The notes: generated by a model not told the origin, from the letters alone. DNA of 57,280 nucleotides from Patescibacteria group bacterium (GCA_019750255.1 JAIEOU010000007.1:1-57280), one strand, 5' to 3'; shown: positions 27,798 to 36,628, counted from the first letter of the stretch. Numbers and translations: made by a program.

Positions 27798-28202
27798 TCA
27801 GTTAGCTCGTTGAAGATTTTGCTTCAGGTGAACATAGTTTGGATAGTCGATTACCCCGTTAGCGTAAAGGATATCCGAATAGTCAACTTTCGCCTCGGCC
27901 AACCGATGTAGCAGACCATCCTGCACCCGAAGCACCTCTCGGGCATTTCGAGCACCTTGGAAGCCTCGAACATACGACAGGAGCTCATCGTGGCTAAGTA
28001 ATCGTTGAGCATAGACCAGCCGCATGAGTTGACGGGAAGTACTTAGATAACCGAAATAGTTCCCGCTCGTATCAGCCTCTGGATTCTGCAAAGTTTCAAC
28101 AGCAAGGTCGATGTTGGGCGTCAAGGTGATGAAGCGATGCCCCGCTGCCAGCCCGACAATGAGGCAGAGGACGGCGAGAAGTCGAGCAATATTGTTAAAC
28201 AT
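27798..28202 (-). CDS. Hypothetical exported or membrane-anchored protein
   Basis: Start MFNNIARLLAVLCLIVGLAAG with GGAG SD; consensus promoter upstream. Confidence 0.65.
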   Translation of the reverse strand: MFNNIARLLAVLCLIVGLAAGHRFITLTPNIDLAVETLQNPEADTSGNYFGYLSTSRQLMRLVYAQRLLSHDELLSYVRGFQGARNAREVLRVQDGLLHRLAEAKVDYSDILYANGVIDYPNYVHLKQNLQRAN

Positions 28203-28232
28203 TTTCAAATCTCCATGAACAATTCGTTTTTT

Positions 28233-28260
28233 ATTATACATTCTATTATTTAAATGTCAA
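28233..28260 (-). promoter_or_regulatory. Consensus sigma70 promoter
   Basis: Minus strand TTGACA-16 nt-TATAAT. Confidence 0.75.
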
Positions 28261-28317
28261 TACTTTCCCTACCAAATCCACGACTCAAAATAAGCTTTTC
28301 TGCTATACTACGGTCTC

Positions 28318-30207
28318 ATGTTCGTCATCCATGTCATCCCCCTCATGCGCGCGACGACCGTCGAATCACTCTCCTATTTTTCAGCTCAAGAATACCCCAT
28401 TGGTGCCATCGTCCATGTGCCGGTACGCGGCAAAAGCTACCAAGCGATAGTGACCGAAGTGGGAACCGTAAGTACCGCAAAGACGTCACTGAAGCTCGCG
28501 CACTACAGCCTGCGGAAGCTACCCGAACAAGCTGATAGTGTAGTGTTACCAAGGTCTCTCTATGAAACAGCCAAGGCGCTCGCCGCCACCTACCCAGCCA
28601 CCTTAGGCAGCATCCTCTACCACTTACTCCCGAGTGAAGTGCGTAGTGGCGAGCGCCCCTACCCCGCCGCCGGTAGTCATGTCCACAACGAAGACACAAC
28701 GCCAGCCATATTGACGGCTCGGCGAGACGAACGCATCACCAACTATAAGAGCCACGTACGCAGCGTGTTTGCCCATCGCGGATCAGTACTGTTAGTTGTC
28801 CCTACTTCGGTAGAGGTCGCGCAGATCGCTGCATTGCTTGCGCACGGCATTGAAGATCGAGTGATAGCGCTCGGCGGCCATTTAGGGAAGCGCGAACTCG
28901 ATAAAGCCTTTAAGGCGGTTGCGGATACGACCATTGCTAAACTTATCGTAACCACTCCAGCGCATGCGTATATCGAACGAGCGGATTTACTTTCAATCAT
29001 TATCGAAGGGGCAGCGAACCCACTCTACCGCGGGCGGACCCGCCCCTACCTCGATCACCGCTTGGCACTCATGCACTATGCCCGTGTTGGTGGACGCTCG
29101 CTTATACTCGGCGACAGCGCACCACGTACGGAAGACGAAGTCGCGCGCCGTGACGAGCGCTACCTTACACTCGGTGAAGGCGGTAAGCGCATTGCTTTTC
29201 CAGCGTCACTCACCGTAATCAAGCATCGTGATAAGCCGACCCCGGAAATTCCGTTTAGCCTCCTCTCGCCCGAACTCGCTATTCATTTGCGCACTTCGCT
29301 AGAGGCACGGGAGCACGTTTTTCTATTTGGGGCGCGACGGGGCCTCGCACCAGTCGTGGCCTGCCAGGACTGTGGGTTTATATTTCGCTGCCCTGACTCG
29401 GGTGCGCCGTACTCACTTTTGCGCACCTACCGGGACCACGTTGAGGAACGCTGGTTTGTATCGGCCACATCGGGAGCGCGGGTTCGGGCGGCCGATGTCT
29501 GCACCCAGTGCGGCAGCTGGCGTCTACGAGAACGTGGTATTGGTATTCAACAGGTATTTGATGAGGTGAAGGTGCAATTCCCTACCGCACCAGTATTTCT
29601 TTTTGATAGCACTACCGCTACCACCCCTAAGACCGCTCAAAAAATCATCGACCGCTTTTATGCTGAAAAAGGCGCCTTTCTTGTAGGTACCGCTATGGCC
29701 ATACCGTATCTCAACCCAACCGTGGATATGAGCGCAATTATATCGCTTGATGCCGCACGGAGTATCCCGACATGGCGAGCTGACGAGTGGATGTTTCATT
29801 TTCTACTCCACCTTCGGGAAATTAGTCGTCGTGAAGTGTATGTGCAGACCCGCACCGATGAAGACAACCTCCTTACCTTCGCCGCACGCGGAGCGCTTGA
29901 GCGCTTTTATGATGACGAAATTCGTCTGCGCGAACAACTTTCGTATCCGCCGTTTGCCACGCTCATCCTTTTTTCCTGGACAGGCCCGACTGCGACCATA
30001 AAAAATATCGATAGCTTGATAGCGACCGCGACCACCCCGTATACCCCACAGTTCTATAACGACCCGCTATCAACCCCAGAAAAGGCCACGCGTCACGCCC
30101 TTATTCGCCTTAAGCAAACCGACGCATACTACCCCGACCTCATTGGCAGAATACGGAGCCTCCCTCCTTATATAAAAATTGAGGTAAATCCCGACAGAAT
30201 CGTTTAA
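28318..30207 (+). CDS. priA: Primosomal protein N' (PriA), degenerate helicase
   Basis: N-terminal VHVPVRGK domain, VLLVVP, RRG..CQDC, GIGIQQV, VGT, VQT, YPPF, IEVNP; sits before def-fmt. Confidence 0.85.
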   Translation: MFVIHVIPLMRATTVESLSYFSAQEYPIGAIVHVPVRGKSYQAIVTEVGTVSTAKTSLKLAHYSLRKLPEQADSVVLPRSLYETAKALAATYPATLGSILYHLLPSEVRSGERPYPAAGSHVHNEDTTPAILTARRDERITNYKSHVRSVFAHRGSVLLVVPTSVEVAQIAALLAHGIEDRVIALGGHLGKRELDKAFKAVADTTIAKLIVTTPAHAYIERADLLSIIIEGAANPLYRGRTRPYLDHRLALMHYARVGGRSLILGDSAPRTEDEVARRDERYLTLGEGGKRIAFPASLTVIKHRDKPTPEIPFSLLSPELAIHLRTSLEAREHVFLFGARRGLAPVVACQDCGFIFRCPDSGAPYSLLRTYRDHVEERWFVSATSGARVRAADVCTQCGSWRLRERGIGIQQVFDEVKVQFPTAPVFLFDSTTATTPKTAQKIIDRFYAEKGAFLVGTAMAIPYLNPTVDMSAIISLDAARSIPTWRADEWMFHFLLHLREISRREVYVQTRTDEDNLLTFAARGALERFYDDEIRLREQLSYPPFATLILFSWTGPTATIKNIDSLIATATTPYTPQFYNDPLSTPEKATRHALIRLKQTDAYYPDLIGRIRSLPPYIKIEVNPDRIV

Positions 30208-30210
30208 GTG

Positions 30211-30346
30211 GAAACAAGCAGGACGTAGTCCGACCATGTTTTGCTTATGCGAGTGCTTCGTTAGATTCGACTCTTAAAAGGAGAATCTAACGAAGCGAGT
30301 TGTGAAGGAGAAATAACGAGCAACGAAGTTACGAATATATTTTCCT
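30211..30346 (+). repeat. Cluster of the REP-like G.A-mismatch palindromes downstream of priA
   Basis: CTTCGTTAGATTC-GA-ctcttaaaag-GA-GAATCTAACGAAG, flanked by two GAAA(C/T)AA..ggac-gta-gtcc / gcaac-gaa-gttac type hairpins. Confidence 0.75.
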
Positions 30347-30490
30347 ACTGTCGACGCTTCGCTATCTTTCGACCTCGCTGGGAGAAAATGGTGGCAGGGG
30401 CCGACTAATGAAAAATCAGAAAATCCCCTAGAGTAGTTTAAAAAGTACCAGGCTCGCAAAACCCTAAAATTCATTGTACAGTAGTGGCAC

Positions 30491-31024
30491 ATGGCCAAAC
30501 TCGTCCCCCTAAACCACCCAGCCCTCCATACCATCGCTGAGGAATTCACTCGCGAGGAATTTGAAAGTGGCGCAGTGACCAAGCTCCTCAAAGACCTTCA
30601 GAGTGCGATTAAAACCTACAAAGTTGATGGCTATACCGCTGTCGCCATTGCTGCCCCGCAAATTGGTGTAGAGAAGCGTATGTTTATTATTGTAGACCAA
30701 AGCAAGGGCGAAGACCGTCTTCCGACCATCATCGCAATCAATCCCCGCTTCACAAAACTCTCTAAAAAAACCCATGTCGTAGGGGAGGGCTGCCTATCGG
30801 TACCGGATTATTATGGGGTCGTTCGGCGCCACACAAATGTCACCCTCGAGGCTCTTGATGAGCACGGCAAAATGTTTACCCGTGGTGCCGGCGGACTTCT
30901 TGCTCAAATCATGCAGCACGAGTACGACCATCTGGATGGTATTCTCTTTACCGATCGCGCGGAAGAAGTCTGGGAAAAGGATAAAGTTCCCAAAGGCCGG
31001 CAGAGTGAAGCTGAACCAACCTAA
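30491..31024 (+). CDS. def: Peptide deformylase
   Basis: AIAAPQIG, EGCLS, QHEYDHLDG. Confidence 0.96.
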   Translation: MAKLVPLNHPALHTIAEEFTREEFESGAVTKLLKDLQSAIKTYKVDGYTAVAIAAPQIGVEKRMFIIVDQSKGEDRLPTIIAINPRFTKLSKKTHVVGEGCLSVPDYYGVVRRHTNVTLEALDEHGKMFTRGAGGLLAQIMQHEYDHLDGILFTDRAEEVWEKDKVPKGRQSEAEPT

Positions 31025-31027
31025 GCT

Positions 31028-31903
31028 ATGCGGTTTGTTTTCTTCGGCACCCCGGATCTTGCGGTACATGCTTTGACGCGACTTGAAGCCCACAACCTCG
31101 TCCCGAGCCTCATTGTCACCACTCCCGACGCACCGGTAGGCCGAAAACAGGTAATTACTCCCCCACCAACAAAAGTCTGGGCGACCGAGCGGAGTATTTC
31201 AGTCATTCAACCAACCACCCTCAAAAACAAGGAAGACCTCACACCGCTGACAAGCGAGCAGTGGGATATATTTGTCGTCTTCGCCTACGGCAAAATTATG
31301 CCGGCGTGGCTGCTTTCCCTACCCACGTTCGGCACTATCAATGCCCACCCGTCTCTCCTCCCTAAATTCCGTGGCGCCAGCCCCATCCGCAGCACTCTCC
31401 TTCTCGATCTTTCTGCTGCCGGTGTAACAATCATCCAAATGGATGCCGAGATGGACCATGGACCAATTCTTCATCAAGTGCCCGTCACCTTAATCGAACC
31501 GGTTCCCGGAAGAGAACTTGACCACACCATGAGCGTCCTCTGCGGCGACCTCCTCTCGCACGTTATAAAAGAATTACCTAAGGGAACCATAACCCCAAAA
31601 GACCAAGACCACGACGCAGCCACTTTTTGCACTAAAATCACCAAAGACATGGCTGAGCTGACGCTTGACCCCCACAACCTCCCGAGTGGCGAGCAAGCAC
31701 AAGAATACTTCCGCAAGGTCTGTGCCTTTGATGGCTGGCCAGAAACGTTTTTTAGACACGAACATATTCGCATTAAGATAAAAGACGCCGCCGTAATCGA
31801 TGGCGTCTTTACCCCGACTCGCGTTGTGCCCGAAGGTAAGGCCGAGATGTCTTTCTGGAATTTCGTACAATTATGCACTCCCGGTAAAAAAACGCTCCAA
31901 TAA
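31028..31903 (+). CDS. fmt: Methionyl-tRNA formyltransferase
   Basis: FFGTPD, AYGKI, NAHPSLLPKFRGASPI, MDHGPI. Confidence 0.95.
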   Translation: MRFVFFGTPDLAVHALTRLEAHNLVPSLIVTTPDAPVGRKQVITPPPTKVWATERSISVIQPTTLKNKEDLTPLTSEQWDIFVVFAYGKIMPAWLLSLPTFGTINAHPSLLPKFRGASPIRSTLLLDLSAAGVTIIQMDAEMDHGPILHQVPVTLIEPVPGRELDHTMSVLCGDLLSHVIKELPKGTITPKDQDHDAATFCTKITKDMAELTLDPHNLPSGEQAQEYFRKVCAFDGWPETFFRHEHIRIKIKDAAVIDGVFTPTRVVPEGKAEMSFWNFVQLCTPGKKTLQ

Positions 31904-32248
31904 CACATCAATCGCAACCGCTAAATCTCGATATTCTTCAGCCGCCAATTGCTGCTCCTTGGAAAGCCTAGCTAAACCGCTCATGCGTTCATTGATGATG
32001 CTTATGAGCTCGGGAGTTTCCAAACCGCCAAAACTCATCTTTTGCAAAAACACGTCAGTCGACTCACCAACAATGGCATACACAGAAAATTTTTTTGCCA
32101 GAGCTGGAAGTATCACGGGGAGTGTTCCTAGGGTGAGCGGCATCATATCGACCGCTTCAGATTCATTAAGTCGCTTTGCATAAAGCTCTGCCGGTGTAGG
32201 CTTCTGGTTATCGTTTGCACTACCAGGAAAATGTTCTAGTGTTCCCAT
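31871..32248 (-). CDS. Hypothetical protein
   Basis: 125-aa ORF starting 1 bp after the hpf stop. Confidence 0.55.
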   Translation of the reverse strand: MGTLEHFPGSANDNQKPTPAELYAKRLNESEAVDMMPLTLGTLPVILPALAKKFSVYAIVGESTDVFLQKMSFGGLETPELISIINERMSGLARLSKEQQLAAEEYRDLAVAIDVLLERFFTGSA

Positions 32249-32249
32249 G

Positions 32250-32615
32250 TTACTTTCCCCAACGGAGCATATCTTTCATCTTCCGACCACCACGACGCAC
32301 AAGGCTCTCACGCTTGCTATGCGCCTTCCGCAACTCGGTGTCGAGCTCACTGCGCACCACATCAATTGCCTTTTCAAACGTCTCATCAGTTGCTTCTGCC
32401 CGAAAAAATTTCCCCTTGACCGACACGTTAACTTCTACTCGGTAGACCAGTCCCGACTGGTGCGGGGCTTCTTTTTGGAATTCTACTTCACAGCGAGCGG
32501 ACGGTTCATTTCCAATATATTTGGCAAGGGTAGCGAACTTGTGTGTCACGAGCTCTTCTAAATGCTTCGCTTCATCCGTACGGGTGTGCTTGAACGTAAT
32601 TGATGGAAATGACAT
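32250..32615 (-). CDS. raiA: Ribosome hibernation factor (HPF/RaiA family)
   Basis: KFATLAKY, VEVNVSVKG, AEAT..FEKAIDVV..L..ELRK pattern. Confidence 0.85.
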   Translation of the reverse strand: MSFPSITFKHTRTDEAKHLEELVTHKFATLAKYIGNEPSARCEVEFQKEAPHQSGLVYRVEVNVSVKGKFFRAEATDETFEKAIDVVRSELDTELRKAHSKRESLVRRGGRKMKDMLRWGK

Positions 32616-32765
32616 ACAGTGTTGATCTTAGAATGCTGCTAACTTCCCTTTAACCATATTACTACCTGCGCAATATCCCGTCACGGCACAACCCAAAGCT
32701 GTAAAAACAAAAGGCCCCGGCAAGTGAGCAGGGGCATTTTGTTCTGGACACGTACCTCGTCTCCA

Positions 32766-33080
32766 CTACCCCTCACATGACACACAGACCGAGCCACCAA
32801 CGTGAACTCGAGGCCTTGCACCGCCCACCGGTGCCCCTGCTGCAGGACCATACTCTTTTTGCAGGTGTGCAACAATCGCATCGGATTCATACATTTCGAC
32901 TCCACCCTCTTCGTCAACCAAATACGGTACCTGGACCTTCCCGCCACGAGCCATCAGCTCCTGTTCGAACTCTGCGCTCGTAGTGATATCACGCAACTCG
33001 ACCTCGAGGTTAAGGCGAGCAACCGTTGCTTGTACCAAGCGACAGAACGGACACGTAGGCTTGTAGTAGAGAATAAGCAT
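32766..33080 (-). CDS. Glutaredoxin-like protein with a C-terminal CxxC tail
   Basis: LYYKPTCPFC, QVPYL, MYESDAI; ends VCVSCEG. Confidence 0.88.
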   Translation of the reverse strand: MLILYYKPTCPFCRLVQATVARLNLEVELRDITTSAEFEQELMARGGKVQVPYLVDEEGGVEMYESDAIVAHLQKEYGPAAGAPVGGARPRVHVGGSVCVSCEG

Positions 33081-33217
33081 AGATGGGTGGGCTTAGATGA
33101 TAATTAGTACCCTATTGTACACCCTTTTCCTTTTTCACTTTCCACAGGTGACCGATCCGAAAAAGTGTCCACCGTATCCCTAGCCGGCGCACTCCCCCAC
33201 GAACCTGGCCCAATGGG

Positions 33218-33245
33218 TTGAAATCCCCCCATATTTCGGTACAAT
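33218..33245 (+). promoter_or_regulatory. Probable promoter for the tRNA-Asn transcript
   Basis: TTGAAA-16 nt-TACAAT. Confidence 0.5.
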
Positions 33246-33362
33246 GCGTCATGCCTGTGCTGAGTCAGTACAGGCAGAAGCTACCTACCTCGGTAAGTGA
33301 AAACTTTCCGAGTACACTCGAAGAGCTAATGTGCTTGTAAACAATCACATTTTCCTTCTCAT

Positions 33363-33434
33363 TCCTCGGTAGCTCAGCGGTAGAGCAAGCGACTGTTAAT
33401 CGCTTGGCCGCAGGTTCGAATCCTGCCCGGGGAG
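33363..33434 (+). tRNA. tRNA-Asn (GTT), CCA not encoded
   Basis: Acceptor TCCTCGG/CCGGGGA, D-arm GCTC..GAGC, anticodon arm AGCGA-CTGTTAA-TCGCT, T-arm GCAGG-TTCGAAT-CCTGC, discriminator G. Confidence 0.97.
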
Positions 33435-33440
33435 CAAATT

Positions 33441-33467
33441 AAAAAACACCTTTACGGGTGTTTTTTT
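33441..33467 (+). terminator. Intrinsic terminator after tRNA-Asn
   Basis: AAAAAACACC-tttacg-GGTGTTTTTTT. Confidence 0.75.
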
Positions 33468-33586
33468 ATTTGTGACCCGGGAGAACGTGACTAAATGTCA
33501 CGTTCGTCAGGATTCGAAAAGCGCTTTGAGATATTTTGGAGCTTGCGAACAAAATATCCAAACGCTGCACCGTCCATGTAATGGAA

Positions 33587-33606
33587 GAATCCTGCCCGGG
33601 GAGCCA
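33587..33606 (+). repeat. Direct repeat of the tRNA-Asn 3' end (att-like), ending in CCA
   Basis: GAATCCTGCCCGGGGAGC is identical to 33418-33435; here it continues CA to give G-CCA. Confidence 0.85.
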
Positions 33607-34030
33607 GAAGAGACGTCAGCTTGATCAAGGACCAAATTAAACGGAGAAGCTATCGTAATAGCTAGCTTTTTTCCGTTTACAGTCGGGTTGTGAAGTAAAA
33701 AGTTTAATAACGCTCTCTTATTAGGGATTTCAGAACAACCAAAAAAGATTTCTTGTGCTCATCGTGCCAAAGATACAACTATAGCAACGGTTGTTTGGTA
33801 ATCGTAGTCAGCTTTTTGGTATTCAGATTATTCAATTCCTAACAGCTGCAGCTTGTCAGCATACTCTTGATGTTTTTTGTCAGAGACATCCTTAGTAATT
33901 TGAATATTTTAGATAGCGAGCACCTCCTTAACTCCTGCCCGCGCAAACGCCGTAGAGGGAAGAGGGTCTATCAGGTATTCTATGAGTTAACAGGTGTTGC
34001 ACTTCAACATTGAATCTACCCCTACAAGTA

Positions 34031-34059
34031 TTGACAAATATCTATATTTACTGTATATG
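34031..34059 (+). promoter_or_regulatory. Probable sigma70 promoter upstream of the XRE gene
   Basis: TTGACA-17 nt-TATATG. Confidence 0.45.
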
Positions 34060-34158
34060 TAAAACAATTCCTGCATAAATTGTAGGTCGTTTGTTTCGGC
34101 AAATAAGGGTATTAGATTCCCATACCAGCTGTGGAATCACGATCAAAGAAAGTTATCG

Positions 34159-34596
34159 ATGACCAATCCCAGAAGAATCAAAGGCGCGTCTAACAATCGC
34201 AAACCGACCGAGTCGGATATCATGGTCGGTCGCACAATCAAGTCGCTCCGCCGCAACCAGAGCCTCACGCAGAGAGAATTGGCGCACAGAGTTGGCATCA
34301 CGGGGGCGCAACTGCACCGCTACGAGAACGGCAGCACCCGAATTGCCACCAGCCGCCTCATCGCTATCGCCGATGCATTGAAAGTGAATGCGGAGACGCT
34401 GATCGCTGTTGGCCAGAAGCAATCCACCGAGACCGTACCACCAGTCGCGACCAAAACTGCGGACCAAGCCCGCGACGATATCATCGAGCTGGTTGAACTG
34501 TACAGCAGCATGACCGATCCCCGTCACCGCAGCGCTCTGATGGTAATGGCTCGGATAATAAAACGTAGTGAGCACCCGATGGCTCAAACGAACTGA
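34159..34596 (+). CDS. XRE-family HTH transcriptional regulator
   Basis: VGRTIKSLRR..LTQRELAHRVGITGAQLHRYENGSTRI..SRL..IADALKV. Confidence 0.9.
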   Translation: MTNPRRIKGASNNRKPTESDIMVGRTIKSLRRNQSLTQRELAHRVGITGAQLHRYENGSTRIATSRLIAIADALKVNAETLIAVGQKQSTETVPPVATKTADQARDDIIELVELYSSMTDPRHRSALMVMARIIKRSEHPMAQTN

Positions 34597-34967
34597 AGTC
34601 GAGCAGCTTAATTCGACGCGGGGTCCTGCGATAACATCAAGGGTCCCTTTTTCTATATGCACTGATGAGAGGAATCCCGGCGGCGCTTCCTATGATTTGC
34701 ACCACAAGTGTATATCCTGCCCCAGAGCATCCTCTCTGGCTGCGCAACTCACCTTAATGCACATAGCCGCTCTGTTCCTTGAACATTGAGCCAGGACCTT
34801 TTGAACACGCTCTTGAGTGAGTCAAAAGAAAGTCCCAAAGATGTAGTGCCTTTGTATGGATAGAAATTTTAGTCCGGTGAGCATACCCTTACCATCAGGA
34901 ACTCTCCTCGCTTATACTGAACATTTAATGAGGTAACTATTTGAGGGCGTAGATTGTTCTCATTATT

Positions 34968-35147
34968 ATGAGAATAATTAAAATCGTTCAGATTTTACTA
35001 GCGATTGTGTCTGGAGCATTACTCATTGGCTACGGTGGGATGGACGATAGTCCAGGAACGCAAGGCATTGGCCTGCTCACGATTGTCAGCAGCGTAAGTA
35101 TCGGTACTTATTCACTTCTCAAGAAAACGGAGGAGGCTCGACAATAG
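34968..35147 (+). CDS. Small two-TM membrane protein with DDSPG motif (59 aa, below the ORF track cutoff)
   Basis: Translated by hand: MRIIKIVQILLAIVSGALLIGYGGMDDSPGTQGIGLLTIVSSVSIGTYSLLKKTEEARQ. Confidence 0.65.
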   Translation: MRIIKIVQILLAIVSGALLIGYGGMDDSPGTQGIGLLTIVSSVSIGTYSLLKKTEEARQ

Positions 35148-35226
35148 TGCGCCACAGAGGCTTTTGCCGTACGTAACAAAATGACTGGAATTCCACTAGC
35201 ATCAACGTATTAAAAACCATTCAGCA

Positions 35227-35257
35227 CAAAACCCTTTCTCAATAAGAAAGGGTTTTG
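35227..35257. terminator. Bidirectional terminator
   Basis: CAAAACCCTTTCT-caata-AGAAAGGGTTTTG between convergent genes. Confidence 0.75.
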
Positions 35258-35314
35258 CTTGAACTAAAAAGAGTTAGCGACCTCGTTGCGAGAGTGGTCA
35301 AGCACGGCCCTCAG

Positions 35315-35539
35315 TTACTCATTACTGCCGCCACCCGATCCTGACTTACCTCCCTGACTGGCTTGCCCGCCCTTTCGGCCAGCTTCGCGAGCCTCTTCGG
35401 AGTCAAACTCATGGGCGTTTCCACTTTCATGAGCAGCCTTTCCGCCCTTGCTAGCAATTTCCCGACGTTCTTCTTCACTCATGGAAGCAAAGCCTCGCTT
35501 TTCAGTATTATTCTGATTGTTGTTGTTTTGATTTTCCAT
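35315..35539 (-). CDS. KGG-repeat general stress protein (YciG/Con-10-like)
   Basis: RGFASMSEEERREIASKGG, AHEFDSEEAREAGRKGG. Confidence 0.9.
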   Translation of the reverse strand: MENQNNNNQNNTEKRGFASMSEEERREIASKGGKAAHESGNAHEFDSEEAREAGRKGGQASQGGKSGSGGGSNE

Positions 35540-35688
35540 AGTGTTTTAGATTTAATTTTATAAATCGTGAGTTCCTCTCGAGCTGCACTATGTAAGCCGA
35601 GGTCTCACCGTAACGGTTACACTGAGACGCGCCATTTCTGTGGTCTAGTTAACTTAGAAATGGTTTGTTTCGTCGCTCTTTGGTTGCT

Positions 35689-35715
35689 AAAAAAAACGCC
35701 CGGCGGCGTTTTTTT
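35689..35715 (-). terminator. Probable terminator
   Basis: AAAAAAACGCC-cggc-GGCGTTTTTTT. Confidence 0.65.
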
Positions 35716-35746
35716 CATAACCGTAACCATTAATTGAGGTTTAACA

Positions 35747-35989
35747 TTAGCTTGCTTTATGTAACAGATTTTTCTCGCTGCGTTTAGCAGCTTCGATGTG
35801 CTCATCAACCGCCTCAAGATGCACAACAGCGGCTTCAAAGTGTAATTCAGCGGCTTCCACATGCAAATCACCCACAGATTCCTGCGCCGCTTGCACCTTA
35901 TCTTCAACCGCTTCTACTTTCACTTCACAATCCTCAATTTTTTTATTAGAGATAACGGGACACTTCTCATCTTTATGGATGTTTGCCAT
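35747..35989 (-). CDS. Small acidic, His-containing helical hypothetical protein
   Basis: Repeated LHVEAA/LHFEAA/HLEAV/HIEAA heptads; start uncertain (35989 or 36028). Confidence 0.55.
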   Translation of the reverse strand: MANIHKDEKCPVISNKKIEDCEVKVEAVEDKVQAAQESVGDLHVEAAELHFEAAVVHLEAVDEHIEAAKRSEKNLLHKAS

Positions 35990-36115
35990 AGGAATTATGA
36001 ACTTATTTACAAAGTAATCAGGCTCCAATCAGTTACTAATGAATAGTAACAAAAAAAATTAATAAATCAAATCGCCAATTTTCTCAGCAAATAAGCTTTT
36101 TTCACCATATTTAAT

Positions 36116-36628
36116 CTAGACAATTGCGTTCAGTTGTTTTAAAAGTGCAACTATTTGTGTTAAAAGCTCAATCTTTTTTAAGAGACTGGCGCGGTCGGAA
36201 GGAGTTGCATTAGTGGTCGATACCGGTACATCCCAACACAGACGTGATGAGTTCCATGGGGTGGTTCCTTGCGTATCATGGACGTGCTCCGCATACGCTA
36301 CGTTGCCTTCCAAAGTGTGAAGATTGTGTCCAAGCGCTGACGCTCCTGGTTCGTGCACCGACTCAAAAAACTGATAGACCCCAACCATACCGCCTCCGAC
36401 GCCACCACGGAGGACAGAACCGTCACGGTTATATTGACGAAATTTTGATTCACAGCGAGCGATCTCAATCATCGCTGGTACTTCTTTGAAACGTTCTCTT
36501 ATCAGCCCTTCCACTTCAGCGGGGGTTGAAAAGCCAGCAGTACCAGTTGCTATCGCGGCCGCTGACACTGACCCCGCCCCAAGAATGGAATATACCCCGA
36601 CTACCGCAACTACTAGAGCCATTTTCAT
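36116..36628 (-). CDS. Secreted lysozyme-like / lytic transglycosylase-fold protein
   Basis: Signal peptide; IARCES (candidate catalytic Glu), GVYQF, GTTPW. Confidence 0.7.
   Translation of the reverse strand: MKMALVVAVVGVYSILGAGSVSAAAIATGTAGFSTPAEVEGLIRERFKEVPAMIEIARCESKFRQYNRDGSVLRGGVGGGMVGVYQFFESVHEPGASALGHNLHTLEGNVAYAEHVHDTQGTTPWNSSRLCWDVPVSTTNATPSDRASLLKKIELLTQIVALLKQLNAIV

Noticed and set aside
33680-34010. AT-rich stretch after the tRNA as a possible pseudogene or integrase remnant
   Set aside because: Only short open fragments (e.g. minus-strand IQITKDVSDKKHQEYADKLQLLGIE) with no recognisable motif
34051-34067. LexA/SOS box-like CTGTATATGTAAAACA
   Set aside because: Does not match CTGT-N8-ACAG spacing and right half-site
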